The notes under the pieces are model-generated. The model made no database searches and was not told the origin of the DNA. It saw only the letters and a list, made by a program, of their open reading frames with translations. A stretch of 64,000 nucleotides of DNA from NCBI RefSeq assembly GCF_016903815.1, contig NZ_CP069973.1. One strand, given 5' to 3'. This DNA comes from Escherichia coli (GTDB lineage Bacteria; Pseudomonadota; Gammaproteobacteria; Enterobacterales; Enterobacteriaceae). The translations under genes were made by a program, and so were the position numbers. Shown here one piece after another: positions 1-12,721 of the stretch (its first letter is position 1; each line of letters opens with the position of its first letter).

Positions 1-761
1 ACGCTGTTAAACGCTGTGCGCCGCCAGTAGCGCGAAGAGAACAAGGTTTTGATGTGTTTATGGGTCGCCGTTGCCACTTCATCGCCCAGTAAAACATGGG
101 GACCAAAATAGCGATGCACGATAGCGTGAGCTTCTGCAAAACGCCCCTGGCGCAGTAGCCAGCGTGGCGATTCTGGCGTTCCCCAGCGTAATAACGTAAT
201 CAACAATGCGGGCAGAGCTGCCGATGCCAGCAGCCAGCGCCAGGCCTCCGGGCTTTCGCTAATAAAGTGATGTCCGGCAATACTTGCCAGCACATAGCCT
301 ACAGTCCACACCACGCTGAACGCGCCCAGCAAAATACCGCGGTGGCGGCGCGGGGAAAATTCAGCCAGCAAGGTGTGACCGACTGAGTAATCGCCTCCCA
401 GACCAATGCCAATCAAAATGCGCAGTCCAATAAGATGCTCTGGCGTGGTGGCAAAAAATTGTAAAAACGAAGCAAGCGTAATCAGCAAAAAGCTGAAGGT
501 GAAGATTTTTTGTCGCCCAATATGGTCGGAGATCCAGCCCAGAACCAGGCTGCCAAGAAACAAACCAAGGAGTGCTGAGCCGCCAATCATTCCCGCCATA
601 AACGGCGTCAGTTGCATGGCGGGCGTAAGCTGAATAATGGCGTAACCAATGACGCCGAGGACATAACCGTCGGTCAGGTGTGCGCCGAAAGTGAGCGCAG
701 CAATGCGGCAGTGAAAACGGTTAAGTGGTAAATCATCCATTCGCACCGGTGAAGTGTTCAT
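1..761 (-). CDS. ygcS: MFS-family transporter, 5' part only (C-terminus lies beyond the window start)
   Basis: Reverse-complement reading from ATG at 759-761 gives MNTSPVRMDDLPLNRFHCRIAALTFGAHL..., hydrophobic MFS-like; AAGGGA RBS upstream; no stop before the window edge, so absent from the ORF track. Confidence 0.8.
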   Translation of the reverse strand, partial: MNTSPVRMDDLPLNRFHCRIAALTFGAHLTDGYVLGVIGYAIIQLTPAMQLTPFMAGMIGGSALLGLFLGSLVLGWISDHIGRQKIFTFSFLLITLASFLQFFATTPEHLIGLRILIGIGLGGDYSVGHTLLAEFSPRRHRGILLGAFSVVWTVGYVLASIAGHHFISESPEAWRWLLASAALPALLITLLRWGTPESPRWLLRQGRFAEAHAIVHRYFGPHVLLGDEVATATHKHIKTLFSSRYWRRTAFNS

Positions 762-854
762 CTTTATCCCTTCATTGTCCGGTAATAAGAACGGCTTCTC
801 GCCTGAGAAGCCGAAAAGGCAACGCCCCGTCATCGCGGAACGCTGCCTGACACA

Positions 855-2309
855 TTATTTTTCAATCGGATAGATAGTACCCGTATTCATAATGCCGTTA
901 GGATCGAACTGCTTTTTCAGACCTTCCAGCAACGTCCACGCGCTGCCGTGTTCCAGCTTGCTCCAGTGAACGCGATGTTTACCAATGCCGTGGTGGTGCA
1001 CCATCGAACCACCGAGGCGAATGGTTTCTTCGCAGATGATTTTGTTGAGCGGATTGTGGTACTTGTCGATTTCCTCTTCCGGCTTACAGTCAACAACGTT
1101 GTAGTCGTAAACGAAGTACATGTTGGTGCCGTTCTGGTAGCTGTGAGAGGAGTGACCGCCCAGCATGGTGATGTCGTCGGCGTGCGGGAACTCGGTACGA
1201 ATACGGTTAATAACGCTTTCGTAGATTTCGTGAATGCAGCTCCAGCAGCCGGACACTTCGGTGGTAAAGCCCATGTTGCCGGTTTTGAGGATCTGCACAC
1301 GTTCGGCAGCTACTTTATCCGGTCCCCAGTTCAGGTTGTTAAACCAGGTTTCGATCAGCTTGCTGTCCACTCGCTGGCATTGCGGGTAACGTGCCACGAT
1401 TTCAGCAATCCCTTCGCCCGTCGCCTTCGCAATGCGAGGGTTACCTTCAGCCATAAAGATCAGCACGCATTTTCCGTCAGCAAAATGGGTGAAGTGTTGG
1501 GTGCCATCTTCAGCGTCATACAAACGAGCGATCGACGGACGATACCCTTCCACCATGATTTCACGCAGGATGTTGAAGCCGGTTTTCATGTCTTCCAGGA
1601 TATAGCCGTAGAAGAGGTTGTTTTCCGGGGTGAACTTAAAGATTTTCACAGTTACTTCAGTGATATAGCACAATGCACCTTCGTTGCCGATGATGATGTG
1701 ACGAATGTCCGGGCCTGCCGCGCGGCGTGGTACGTTTTTAATGCGTGTTACGGTGCCATCAGCCAATACTGCTTCCAGACCAACGACCATATCTTCGATT
1801 GCGCCGTAGAGTGTGGAGAACTGCCCGATACTGCGGGTTGCTACCAGGCCGCCCATCTGCGCCAGCGGCTTTGACTGCGGAGAATGCCCCGTGGTGTAAC
1901 CTTTTTCACGCAACGCGTTTTCCAGCACTTCCAGCGGAACTCCGCATTGCGCCGTGGCCTGCATATTCTCAATATCAATATTAATGATTTGATTCATGGC
2001 AGAGCCGTCGAGCACCACCGAGTTTTCCACAACGGTTTCCAGCCCACCTTCGGTAGCGGAAGCACCGGTACGCGGCACACCGTTAATTTTGTGCGCATTC
2101 ATAAAATTCAGCACACGGGATACTTGTTCTGTGGAACCGAGTTTTACGACCGCTGCCGGAATCGGCAAAGTATAAATGCCATGAATATCCGGAAATTTGC
2201 GAAAACGGTCAATACTGTTCTTCTTTAATACTGTTTCATCGGTAATTACGCGATCTGCACCAACAATTTCCTTTAGCTGGTCGACAATCGCTGCGCGAGA
2301 TAAAGACAT
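855..2309 (-). CDS. ygcU: FAD-linked oxidoreductase
   Basis: 484-aa ORF; length and synteny match K-12 YgcU. Confidence 0.85.
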   Translation of the reverse strand: MSLSRAAIVDQLKEIVGADRVITDETVLKKNSIDRFRKFPDIHGIYTLPIPAAVVKLGSTEQVSRVLNFMNAHKINGVPRTGASATEGGLETVVENSVVLDGSAMNQIINIDIENMQATAQCGVPLEVLENALREKGYTTGHSPQSKPLAQMGGLVATRSIGQFSTLYGAIEDMVVGLEAVLADGTVTRIKNVPRRAAGPDIRHIIIGNEGALCYITEVTVKIFKFTPENNLFYGYILEDMKTGFNILREIMVEGYRPSIARLYDAEDGTQHFTHFADGKCVLIFMAEGNPRIAKATGEGIAEIVARYPQCQRVDSKLIETWFNNLNWGPDKVAAERVQILKTGNMGFTTEVSGCWSCIHEIYESVINRIRTEFPHADDITMLGGHSSHSYQNGTNMYFVYDYNVVDCKPEEEIDKYHNPLNKIICEETIRLGGSMVHHHGIGKHRVHWSKLEHGSAWTLLEGLKKQFDPNGIMNTGTIYPIEK

Positions 2310-2378
2310 AGTAATTCCTTCCTGATAATAAAAATGGAATAATCATTAATAAGAGAAAACAGAAACCACCGTTATGGA

Positions 2379-3164
2379 TTAGCGCACTAAATAACCACCA
2401 TCAACCACTAATAAATGTCCGTTGACATAATTCGATGCCGGACTTGCGAGGAATACGGCTGCGCCCATTAAATCCTGAGTATCGCCCCAACGGTTTGCCG
2501 GAATATGATCAAGAACGCGCTGATTGGTTTCTGGATTACTGCGTGTCGCCAGCGTAATATCTGTTGCATAATAGCCAGGGGCAATACCATTTACCTGAAT
2601 ATTATATTGACCTAGTTCATCACAGTAAGCTTTGGTGAATCCGGCAAGAGCATGTTTAGTGGCAGAATATGCAGGTGACCATTGTCCACCTAAGTAAGAG
2701 AATAATGAACAGATATTAATGATTTTACCGCTTTTCTGCGGGATCATAATTTTTGCAGCTTCATAGCTTAACTCGAATGCGGCGGTCAGGTTCACATCAA
2801 TCATCGGGTCCCAGTCGGCACGACCGAAGTCCAGCACCTTATTCAGCTTACAAATACCGGCATTGTTAATCAGAATATCGACGGTACCGAAACGTTCGCA
2901 ACAGGCGGCGATTATCTTCTGCGGCGCTCCTTCTGCGGTGATATCCACCTGCATGAAGTCCACCTCAACACCCTGTTTTTCAATCATTTCCTTTGTTTCG
3001 CCGTTATCTTTAACGAAGCTTGGAATAAAGATATTTGCGCCTGCTTTGGCCAGCGCCATGGCAAATGCCTGGCCTAAACCGCTATTCCCGCCGGTAACAA
3101 TTGCGGTTTTACCTTTCAGGGAGAAAAAATCCATTGAGAGCGCATTGAGAGATTCGATTGACAT
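2379..3164 (-). CDS. ygcW: short-chain dehydrogenase/reductase (SDR)
   Basis: ORF 2379..3239; TGxxxGxG Rossmann motif (TAIVTGGNSGLG); start set at MSIESL with a GGAG RBS, giving 261 aa. Confidence 0.8.
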   Translation of the reverse strand: MSIESLNALSMDFFSLKGKTAIVTGGNSGLGQAFAMALAKAGANIFIPSFVKDNGETKEMIEKQGVEVDFMQVDITAEGAPQKIIAACCERFGTVDILINNAGICKLNKVLDFGRADWDPMIDVNLTAAFELSYEAAKIMIPQKSGKIINICSLFSYLGGQWSPAYSATKHALAGFTKAYCDELGQYNIQVNGIAPGYYATDITLATRSNPETNQRVLDHIPANRWGDTQDLMGAAVFLASPASNYVNGHLLVVDGGYLVR

Positions 3165-3188
3165 AGTTAGCTCCAATTTCCGTAAGGC

Positions 3189-3235
3189 AAAAAAAAAGAA
3201 AGGTAACTTCCCCCGCGAGAGGGAAGTTACCTTTC
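3189..3235 (-). terminator. Strong hairpin plus U9 tract on the minus strand, in the 5' leader of ygcW
   Basis: Perfect 15-bp stem gaaaggtaacttccc / gggaagttacctttc (3198-3212 / 3221-3235), 8-nt loop, nine A at 3189-3197 on plus (U-run on minus). Confidence 0.55.
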
Positions 3236-3288
3236 TCATTATCTCTGGTAACTGGAGATAATTTTTATCATAAGGGCATAATCGCTAA

Positions 3289-3304
3289 TGTGATCGTAAT
3301 CACA
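3289..3304. promoter_or_regulatory. Perfect-consensus CRP site (TGTGA-N6-TCACA) in the ygcW/yqcE divergent region
   Basis: tgtgatcgtaatcaca read directly; both half-sites match the CRP consensus. Confidence 0.55.
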
Positions 3305-3407
3305 GTGTGATATTCGAATTGTCAAATAATTTTAAAAAGCAGAAGCGTGATTACTCTCACACAACACCACTGCTTTCCATGTTATTTCTTATTGCAATTA
3401 CTAGAGA

Positions 3408-3460
3408 CCTGAGAAAAGTAATCCACCTGAAAGGGCGGCTTACTTTTCTCTTTTTTTTGT
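3408..3460 (+). terminator. Terminator-like hairpin plus T8 tract on the plus strand, in the 5' leader of yqcE
   Basis: Perfect 11-bp stem gagaaaagtaa / ttacttttctc with 23-nt loop, followed by tttttttt, ending 23 bp before the yqcE ATG. Confidence 0.4.
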
Positions 3461-3482
3461 CTATTACAAATGGGAATACGAT

Positions 3483-4760
3483 ATGCAACACAACTCATAT
3501 CGCCGTTGGATAGCCCTCGCGATAATTAGTTTTAGCGGCGGCGTTAGTTTCGACCTGGCTTATTTACGTTATATTTATCAAATTCCCATGGCGAAATTTA
3601 TGGGATTCAGCAATACCGAGATAGGTTTAATAATGAGTACATTTGGTATTGCGGCCATTATTCTTTATGCCCCCAGCGGCGTTATTGCCGATAAATTTTC
3701 ACACCGCAAAATGATTACTTCCGCGATGATCATTACCGGATTACTGGGTCTGTTAATGGCAACATATCCACCGCTGTGGGTAATGCTCTGTATTCAGGTC
3801 GCCTTTGCGATAACCACTATTTTAATGCTGTGGTCGGTGTCGATTAAAGCCGCCTCATTGCTGGGCGATCATAGCGAGCAAGGGAAAATTATGGGCTGGA
3901 TGGAAGGGCTGCGCGGCGTCGGTGTAATGTCGCTGGCGGTGTTTACCATGTGGGTCTTTTCTCGCTTCGCTCCGGATGACAGCGCCAGTCTGAAAACGGT
4001 CATCATCATCTATAGTGTGGTTTACATCTTGTTGGGGATTCTGTGCTGGTTTTTTGTTAGCGATAACAACAATCTGCGCAGTGCCAATAACGAAGAAAAA
4101 CAGTCATTCCAGCTTAGCGACATCCTGGCCGTTTTGCGCATCAGCACCACCTGGTATTGCAGCATGGTGATTTTTGGCGTCTTCACCATCTACGCCATTC
4201 TGAGTTACTCCACCAACTATCTGACCGAAATGTACGGCATGTCGCTGGTGGCGGCGAGCTACATGGGGATTGTGATCAACAAAATCTTCCGCGCGCTGTG
4301 CGGCCCACTTGGCGGCATTATCACCACCTACAGCAAAGTGAAATCCCCTACCCGCGTGATCCAAATCCTTTCCGTACTCGGCTTGCTGGCGTTAACTGCC
4401 CTGCTCGTCACGAACTCTAACCCGCAATCGGTCGCGATGGGGATTGGCCTGATTTTACTGCTGGGATTCACCTGTTACGCCTCACGCGGGCTGTACTGGG
4501 CCTGCCCTGGCGAAGCGAGAACACCGTCTTACATTATGGGCACCACGGTAGGTATTTGTTCGGTGATTGGATTCCTGCCGGATGTCTTCGTTTACCCGAT
4601 TATCGGCTACTGGCAAGACACCCTGCCCGCTGCAGAAGCCTACCGCAATATGTGGCTGATGGGCATGGCGGCGCTTGCCATGGTGATCGTCTTTACCTTT
4701 TTGCTGTTCCAAAAAATTCGTACTGCTGATAGCGCCCCTGCTATGGCTAGCAGCAAGTAA
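3483..4760 (+). CDS. yqcE: MFS-family transporter
   Basis: 425-aa ORF, multiple hydrophobic segments; synteny. Confidence 0.85.
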   Translation: MQHNSYRRWIALAIISFSGGVSFDLAYLRYIYQIPMAKFMGFSNTEIGLIMSTFGIAAIILYAPSGVIADKFSHRKMITSAMIITGLLGLLMATYPPLWVMLCIQVAFAITTILMLWSVSIKAASLLGDHSEQGKIMGWMEGLRGVGVMSLAVFTMWVFSRFAPDDSASLKTVIIIYSVVYILLGILCWFFVSDNNNLRSANNEEKQSFQLSDILAVLRISTTWYCSMVIFGVFTIYAILSYSTNYLTEMYGMSLVAASYMGIVINKIFRALCGPLGGIITTYSKVKSPTRVIQILSVLGLLALTALLVTNSNPQSVAMGIGLILLLGFTCYASRGLYWACPGEARTPSYIMGTTVGICSVIGFLPDVFVYPIIGYWQDTLPAAEAYRNMWLMGMAALAMVIVFTFLLFQKIRTADSAPAMASSK

Positions 4761-4786
4761 GTCCAGAAAATTACAGGAGAAAAATC

Positions 4787-6265
4787 ATGTCGAAAAAATA
4801 CATCATAGGGATTGATGGTGGAAGTCAGAGCACAAAAGTGGTGATGTACGATCTGGAAGGTAATGTGGTTTGCGAAGGCAAAGGCTTATTGCAGCCGATG
4901 CACACGCCAGATGCCGATACCGCAGAACATCCTGACGACGATTTATGGGCATCATTATGCTTTGCCGGTCACGATTTGATGAGTCAGTTTGCCGGAAATA
5001 AAGAAGATATTGTCGGTATTGGTCTGGGATCCATCCGTTGCTGCCGTGCGTTATTGAAAGCCGATGGCACGCCAGCTGCGCCGTTGATTAGCTGGCAGGA
5101 TGCACGCGTTACACGCCCTTACGAACATACGAATCCTGACGTGGCATATGTCACCTCTTTTTCGGGTTATCTGACGCATCGCTTAACCGGCGAGTTTAAA
5201 GACAATATCGCCAACTATTTTGGTCAGTGGCCGGTGGATTATAAGACCTGGGCATGGAGTGAAGATGCCGCAGTCATGGAGAAGTTTAATATCCCCCGTC
5301 ATATGCTGTTTGATGTGCAAATGCCGGGCACTGTTCTTGGGCATATCACTCCTCAAGCCGCTCTGGCGACACATTTCCCGGCTGGGCTGCCGGTTGTTTG
5401 TACCACCAGTGATAAACCGGTAGAAGCACTGGGAGCCGGGTTACTGGATGATGAAACTGCGGTAATTTCTCTTGGCACTTACATCGCGTTGATGATGAAC
5501 GGCAAATTACTACCGAAAGATCCGGTAGCGTACTGGCCGATTATGTCTTCTATTCCGCAAACCTTGCTGTATGAAGGTTACGGTATTCGCAAAGGCATGT
5601 GGACGGTGAGCTGGCTACGCGACATGTTAGGCGAGTCGTTAATTCAGGATGCCAAAGCACAGGATCTTTCACCGGAAGATTTGCTCAACAAAAAAGCGTC
5701 TTGTGTGCCGCCAGGCTGTAATGGTCTGATGACGGTGCTGGACTGGCTGACCAATCCGTGGGAACCGTACAAACGCGGGATTATGATTGGCTTTGATTCC
5801 AGCATGGATTACGCATGGATATATCGTTCGATACTGGAAAGCGTGGCGCTGACGCTGAAGAACAATTACGACAATATGTGTAATGAAATGAATCACTTTG
5901 CAAAGCATGTGATCATTACTGGCGGCGGTTCGAACAGCGATCTGTTTATGCAGATTTTTGCCGACGTGTTCAACCTTCCGGCACGCCGTAACGCCATTAA
6001 TGGTTGTGCAAGCCTGGGGGCAGCGATTAATACGGCGGTAGGTCTGGGGCTATACCCGGATTACGCAACGGCTGTCGACAAAATGGTTCGCGTGAAAGAT
6101 ATCTTTATGCCTGTTGAGAGCAACGCCAAACGCTACAACGCGATGAATAAAGGCATTTTCAAGGAGTTAACCAAACATACTGATGTAATCCTGAAAAAAT
6201 CGTATGAAGTGATGCATGGGGAATTGGGGAATGCGGATTCGATCCAGAGCTGGTCGAATGCGTAA
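4787..6265 (+). CDS. ygcE: FGGY-family carbohydrate kinase
   Basis: 492-aa ORF with N-terminal IGIDGGSQSTK kinase motif; synteny. Confidence 0.85.
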   Translation: MSKKYIIGIDGGSQSTKVVMYDLEGNVVCEGKGLLQPMHTPDADTAEHPDDDLWASLCFAGHDLMSQFAGNKEDIVGIGLGSIRCCRALLKADGTPAAPLISWQDARVTRPYEHTNPDVAYVTSFSGYLTHRLTGEFKDNIANYFGQWPVDYKTWAWSEDAAVMEKFNIPRHMLFDVQMPGTVLGHITPQAALATHFPAGLPVVCTTSDKPVEALGAGLLDDETAVISLGTYIALMMNGKLLPKDPVAYWPIMSSIPQTLLYEGYGIRKGMWTVSWLRDMLGESLIQDAKAQDLSPEDLLNKKASCVPPGCNGLMTVLDWLTNPWEPYKRGIMIGFDSSMDYAWIYRSILESVALTLKNNYDNMCNEMNHFAKHVIITGGGSNSDLFMQIFADVFNLPARRNAINGCASLGAAINTAVGLGLYPDYATAVDKMVRVKDIFMPVESNAKRYNAMNKGIFKELTKHTDVILKKSYEVMHGELGNADSIQSWSNA

Positions 6266-6311
6266 GTGAGGAAGACCGGGCGGGAAACTGCCCGGCCTGA
6301 ACATACCTGAA

Positions 6312-6449
6312 TGGTTATCCCCGCTGGCGCGGGGAACATAAGTTCGACAACTTAAAAAATGATAACAAGTCCGGTTTATCCCCGCTGATGCAGGGAACAT
6401 AATAAAAACTTTAACTAGTTCGGTTTATCCCTGTTTTTACAAGGAATAT
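6312..6449 (-). CRISPR. Degenerate type I-E CRISPR remnant (3 decayed repeats)
   Basis: Repeat-like units at about 6312-6339, 6372-6400 and 6421-6449, each with mismatches or indels versus CGGTTTATCCCCGCTGGCGCGGGGAACTC; followed by an AT-rich leader-like stretch 6450-6900. Confidence 0.6.
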
Positions 6450-6902
6450 TAACTACACTCGATGTCTTTAGAATAAAAGACAATACGAATCGCACTTTAT
6501 CAATTTTCACTTAAAGTATGAACTGGATATCTTTATTCATAAGAACTATTCATCAACAGCGTATAGAGGCGATTATGTAAAACCACTCATTAGCCTCAAA
6601 ACAAAGACAAATTTCCAGATTTATTACTTAATCAATGAATAACAAGCTTAAAAAATACACTGTTATTCTAAAGAAAAAATTAACAGGCATTAATTAATAT
6701 TAAAAAAATAATATGTTAAAATTTCTTAACGGTTTAAGGATTATACAAATAACACTTTGATTAAATTTGATTTTTTGTATCGATAATTGTGAACTTCTCA
6801 TATATGGAGAGCTATTTTGAACATGAGGTGTTACGTGGATATGTTGCTTAATACGAGTACTGCTAATATAAAAACTTGAGAAAGAGATAACGGGTTATAT
6901 GG

Positions 6903-7236
6903 TGGTTTATTCCCGCTGGTGCGGGGAACTCATCAGTGATATCCAACATTGCGGAGCTAAACGCGGTTTATCCCCGCTGGCGCGGGGAACTCTAATATCC
7001 CTGGCGATAATCAACCGGCTTACTCGGTTTATCCCCGCTGGCGCGGGGAACTCGAGAGCGAGGGGAGATTCCGGCAGGGCGTGCACGGTTTATCCCCGCT
7101 GGCGCGGGGAACTCGCGGGTATGCTCCGCTCCGTGTTCGACAAACTCGGTTTATCCCCGCTGGCGCGGGGAACTCAAGGTCGCGGGGACGCCACGGGCAG
7201 TCAATGTCGGTTTATCCCCGCTGGCGCGGGGAACTC
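6903..7236 (-). CRISPR. Type I-E CRISPR array, 6 repeats and 5 spacers, transcribed on the minus strand
   Basis: 29-bp repeats at 6903-6931 (3 mismatches, leader-distal), 6964-6992, 7025-7053, 7086-7114, 7147-7175, 7208-7236; five 32-bp spacers at 6932-6963, 6993-7024, 7054-7085, 7115-7146, 7176-7207. Confidence 0.95.
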
Positions 7237-7440
7237 ACTAAACATAACCTATTATTAATTATTGATTTTTTAAGTCAGTCACAATCTACCAACTTAACAG
7301 AAACACACAAACAACACATCCATTATGTTAAAGAGCACTTAATTCATTGATTGAAAAGCCAAATATTTAAAGTAATTCTATACCGACTAAAATCCACCAA
7401 ACTCCGACGTAATAATTTTCACTCCAACGAAAAATTAACG
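7237..7440 (-). promoter_or_regulatory. CRISPR leader (AT-rich, contains the array promoter)
   Basis: AT-rich sequence directly abutting the perfect repeat at the higher-coordinate end; the degenerate repeat is at the opposite end. Confidence 0.6.
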
Positions 7441-7574
7441 CCACAGAATTTGTAGAAAATGATAATGATTAGTCCAGGATGGGCAAAATGGAGGTTTTTT
7501 AGAGGCGACAAAGAATATAAATGAGTAGAAGTCTTTACAGGTTCCACCCATTTATAACGCTTATAAATGTGTAA

Positions 7575-8246
7575 TCAGGCAATATTTAAATATTTATGTG
7601 TTTGCATCGACAAACGCCAATTACGCGCAATGCAGGTTTCAATGCACAAACGTGTGGCATCATCCTTTTGGCTAATCGGCTGCAGTGCAATGACTCGCGG
7701 TTTATCATCGGTCAGCGTCGCAAGCAATTCATCCAGTGCTTCGATATCACGTACGCGTCCAACTGGGTGTTTGATTTCGTTAGCTCGCTCCAGGGCTTGC
7801 GACAATACTTCATAACCACCACGCATATTTAGCTTTGGCGACACGGTGACCCAGGTATTCGGCGTACAACGCACTTCATGAGTACCGCTGGTTTCTATCT
7901 GGCAGCTAAAACCGTTCTTTTCGAGCAGGTCAGTCAGTGGCAGCAAATCATGAATGCAAGGCTCACCACCCGTAATCACCACATGCCGCGCGGTGTATCC
8001 CTGGCGACCAATGACAGCCAGCAAGTCTTCACTGCTCGCCGCCCCCCACTTATCACTCTCTTTGGTCTTCGCCAGAATGCTGAAAAGGGAGACTTCCCGA
8101 TCCTCAAGCTTTTCCCAGGTGTGTTTGGTGTCGCACCAGGCACAGCCAACCGGGCATCCCTGTAAACGAATAAAAATGGCGGGGACGCCGGTAAAGTAAC
8201 CCTCACCTTGCAGGGTCTGGAACATCTCGTTAATCGGGTACTGCAT
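7575..8246 (-). CDS. queE: 7-carboxy-7-deazaguanine synthase (radical SAM)
   Basis: 223-aa ORF with CxxxCxxC-type motif (GCPVGCAWCDT); synteny. Confidence 0.9.
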   Translation of the reverse strand: MQYPINEMFQTLQGEGYFTGVPAIFIRLQGCPVGCAWCDTKHTWEKLEDREVSLFSILAKTKESDKWGAASSEDLLAVIGRQGYTARHVVITGGEPCIHDLLPLTDLLEKNGFSCQIETSGTHEVRCTPNTWVTVSPKLNMRGGYEVLSQALERANEIKHPVGRVRDIEALDELLATLTDDKPRVIALQPISQKDDATRLCIETCIARNWRLSMQTHKYLNIA

Positions 8247-8539
8247 AGCATTCTCTGTGAAGTGGATAATTGTTAATTATTGCAGATCCTGCCACAACAA
8301 TCATGTCTTATTAACATTCTGTTACAGGCAGGTTTAAAGAAAAATGAGAAACAGATCGTTAATAATAAAAGGGAGTAACGTATTATGTCAGAAATAAATA
8401 AAGTAAAGGGATTTAATCATGTCAAAAACATTCACCAAAATTATACTTATTTTTTCTGTGTTCGTTTTTAATTATAACGAATCTCAAATTACCGATGCCG
8501 CCGTCAATTTATTTATCCAGCTTTAATGGGACATTTATA

Positions 8540-9412
8540 ATGCGCTATTTCATACTAATATTCACATTCGTGTGTTCCTTTATTGCAGCCCAACCAACTA
8601 TTGTCCCATCATTACAGCAACAAGTTACGGATCTTACGAGTAGCTTAAACTCACAAGAAAAGAAAGAACTGACGTACAAGTTAGAATCTATTTTCAATAA
8701 TACCCAAGTGCAAATTGCTGTATTAATTGTTCCCACAACCAAAGACGAGACAATTGAAAAATATGCTACACGGGTTTTTGACAATTGGCGTTTAGGAGAT
8801 GCCAAACGTAATGATGGGATACTGATCATTGTTGCCTGGTCGGATCGTACTGTCCGCATCCAGGTAGGTTATGGGCTGGAAGAAAAGGTAACCGATGCTC
8901 TGGCTGGAGATATCATCCGTAGCAACATGATACCCGCATTTAAACAACAAAAATTAGCTCAGGGATTAGAGCTAGCTATAAACGCTTTGAATAACCAACT
9001 CACTTCACAACACCAATATCCGGCTAATCCTTCAGAAATTGAATCAGCGTCTTCCAGTGATCATTATTACTTTGCTATTTTTTGGGTATTTGCAGTGATG
9101 TTCTTCCCTTTCTGGTTTTTTCATCAAGGCAGTAATTTTTGTCGCGCATGTAAAAGCAGTGTCTGTATTTCAGCAATCTATCTTTTAGATTTATTCCTGT
9201 TCTCCGATAAAACTTTTTCCATTGCTGTATTTTTCTTCTTTTTTACTTTCACCACCATTATGGTCTTTACCTGTTTATGTGTACTTCAGAAAAGAGCATC
9301 TGGTAGAAGTTATCATTCAGACAACAGCGGTTCCGCTGGAGGCTCAGATAGCGGCGGCTTCAGCGATGGTGGCGGTTCTTCTGGCGGTGGCGGCGCATCC
9401 GGTCGCTGGTAA
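8540..9412 (+). CDS. ygcG: TPM-domain membrane protein with Gly/Ser-rich C-terminal tail
   Basis: ORF 8495..9412; start chosen at [14 protein letters not shown] (signal-like) giving 290 aa; C-terminus has hydrophobic segments and a [24 protein letters not shown] tail. Confidence 0.75.
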   Translation: MRYFILIFTFVCSFIAAQPTIVPSLQQQVTDLTSSLNSQEKKELTYKLESIFNNTQVQIAVLIVPTTKDETIEKYATRVFDNWRLGDAKRNDGILIIVAWSDRTVRIQVGYGLEEKVTDALAGDIIRSNMIPAFKQQKLAQGLELAINALNNQLTSQHQYPANPSEIESASSSDHYYFAIFWVFAVMFFPFWFFHQGSNFCRACKSSVCISAIYLLDLFLFSDKTFSIAVFFFFFTFTTIMVFTCLCVLQKRASGRSYHSDNSGSAGGSDSGGFSDGGGSSGGGGASGRW

Positions 9413-9421
9413 CTCCACCAT

Positions 9422-9447
9422 AAAAAATGCCAGCCCGAAGGCTGGCA
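9422..9447 (-). terminator. Intrinsic terminator of eno (hairpin also usable for ygcG)
   Basis: Stem tgccagcc / ggctggca with cgaa loop; A6 on plus gives a U-run on the minus strand. Confidence 0.6.
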
Positions 9448-9471
9448 TTATCAAATCAGATAAAGTCAGAC

Positions 9472-10785
<1,314 letters not shown>

Positions 10786-10856
10786 TCACTAGTTAAACTG
10801 AAACTCCAGACAAACAACGCGTACCCAGGGTACGCGTTGCCGTTCTAACTTTTTTC

Positions 10857-12509
<1,653 letters not shown>

Positions 12510-12721
12510 TTAGGTTGAAAAGACGATGGAATAACCAGGACGGGAAAGCAGTATACCCGAACATGACCTATGCCACAAACTTTCATTATCCCTCCTCTTC
12601 GCCAGCGCACTATTGAAATCAGGAGTGAGAAAATAGCCCCTTTGGGGTAAATGTTTTTGACGCAAATCAAGCGCTTGTCATTTAAAAAATGACACAAATC
12701 GCGCTTGACCACGTAATTCCC

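Noticed and set aside
948-1874. 308-aa ORF antisense to ygcU, and similar antisense ORFs in gudD/gudX (21314-22240, 22237-22947), the island kinase and recB
   Set aside because: All lie wholly inside well-supported genes on the opposite strand with low-complexity products; typical antisense artefacts.
6899-7350. Plus-strand ORFs of 119 and 89 aa with repeating GLSPLARGT / FIPAGAGNS peptides
   Set aside because: They are translations of the CRISPR repeats and spacers, not genes.
6290-7450. cas genes adjacent to the CRISPR arrays
   Set aside because: None are present in the window; the flanking genes are ygcE and queE. In this genome architecture the cas operon, if present, lies outside the window next to a different array.
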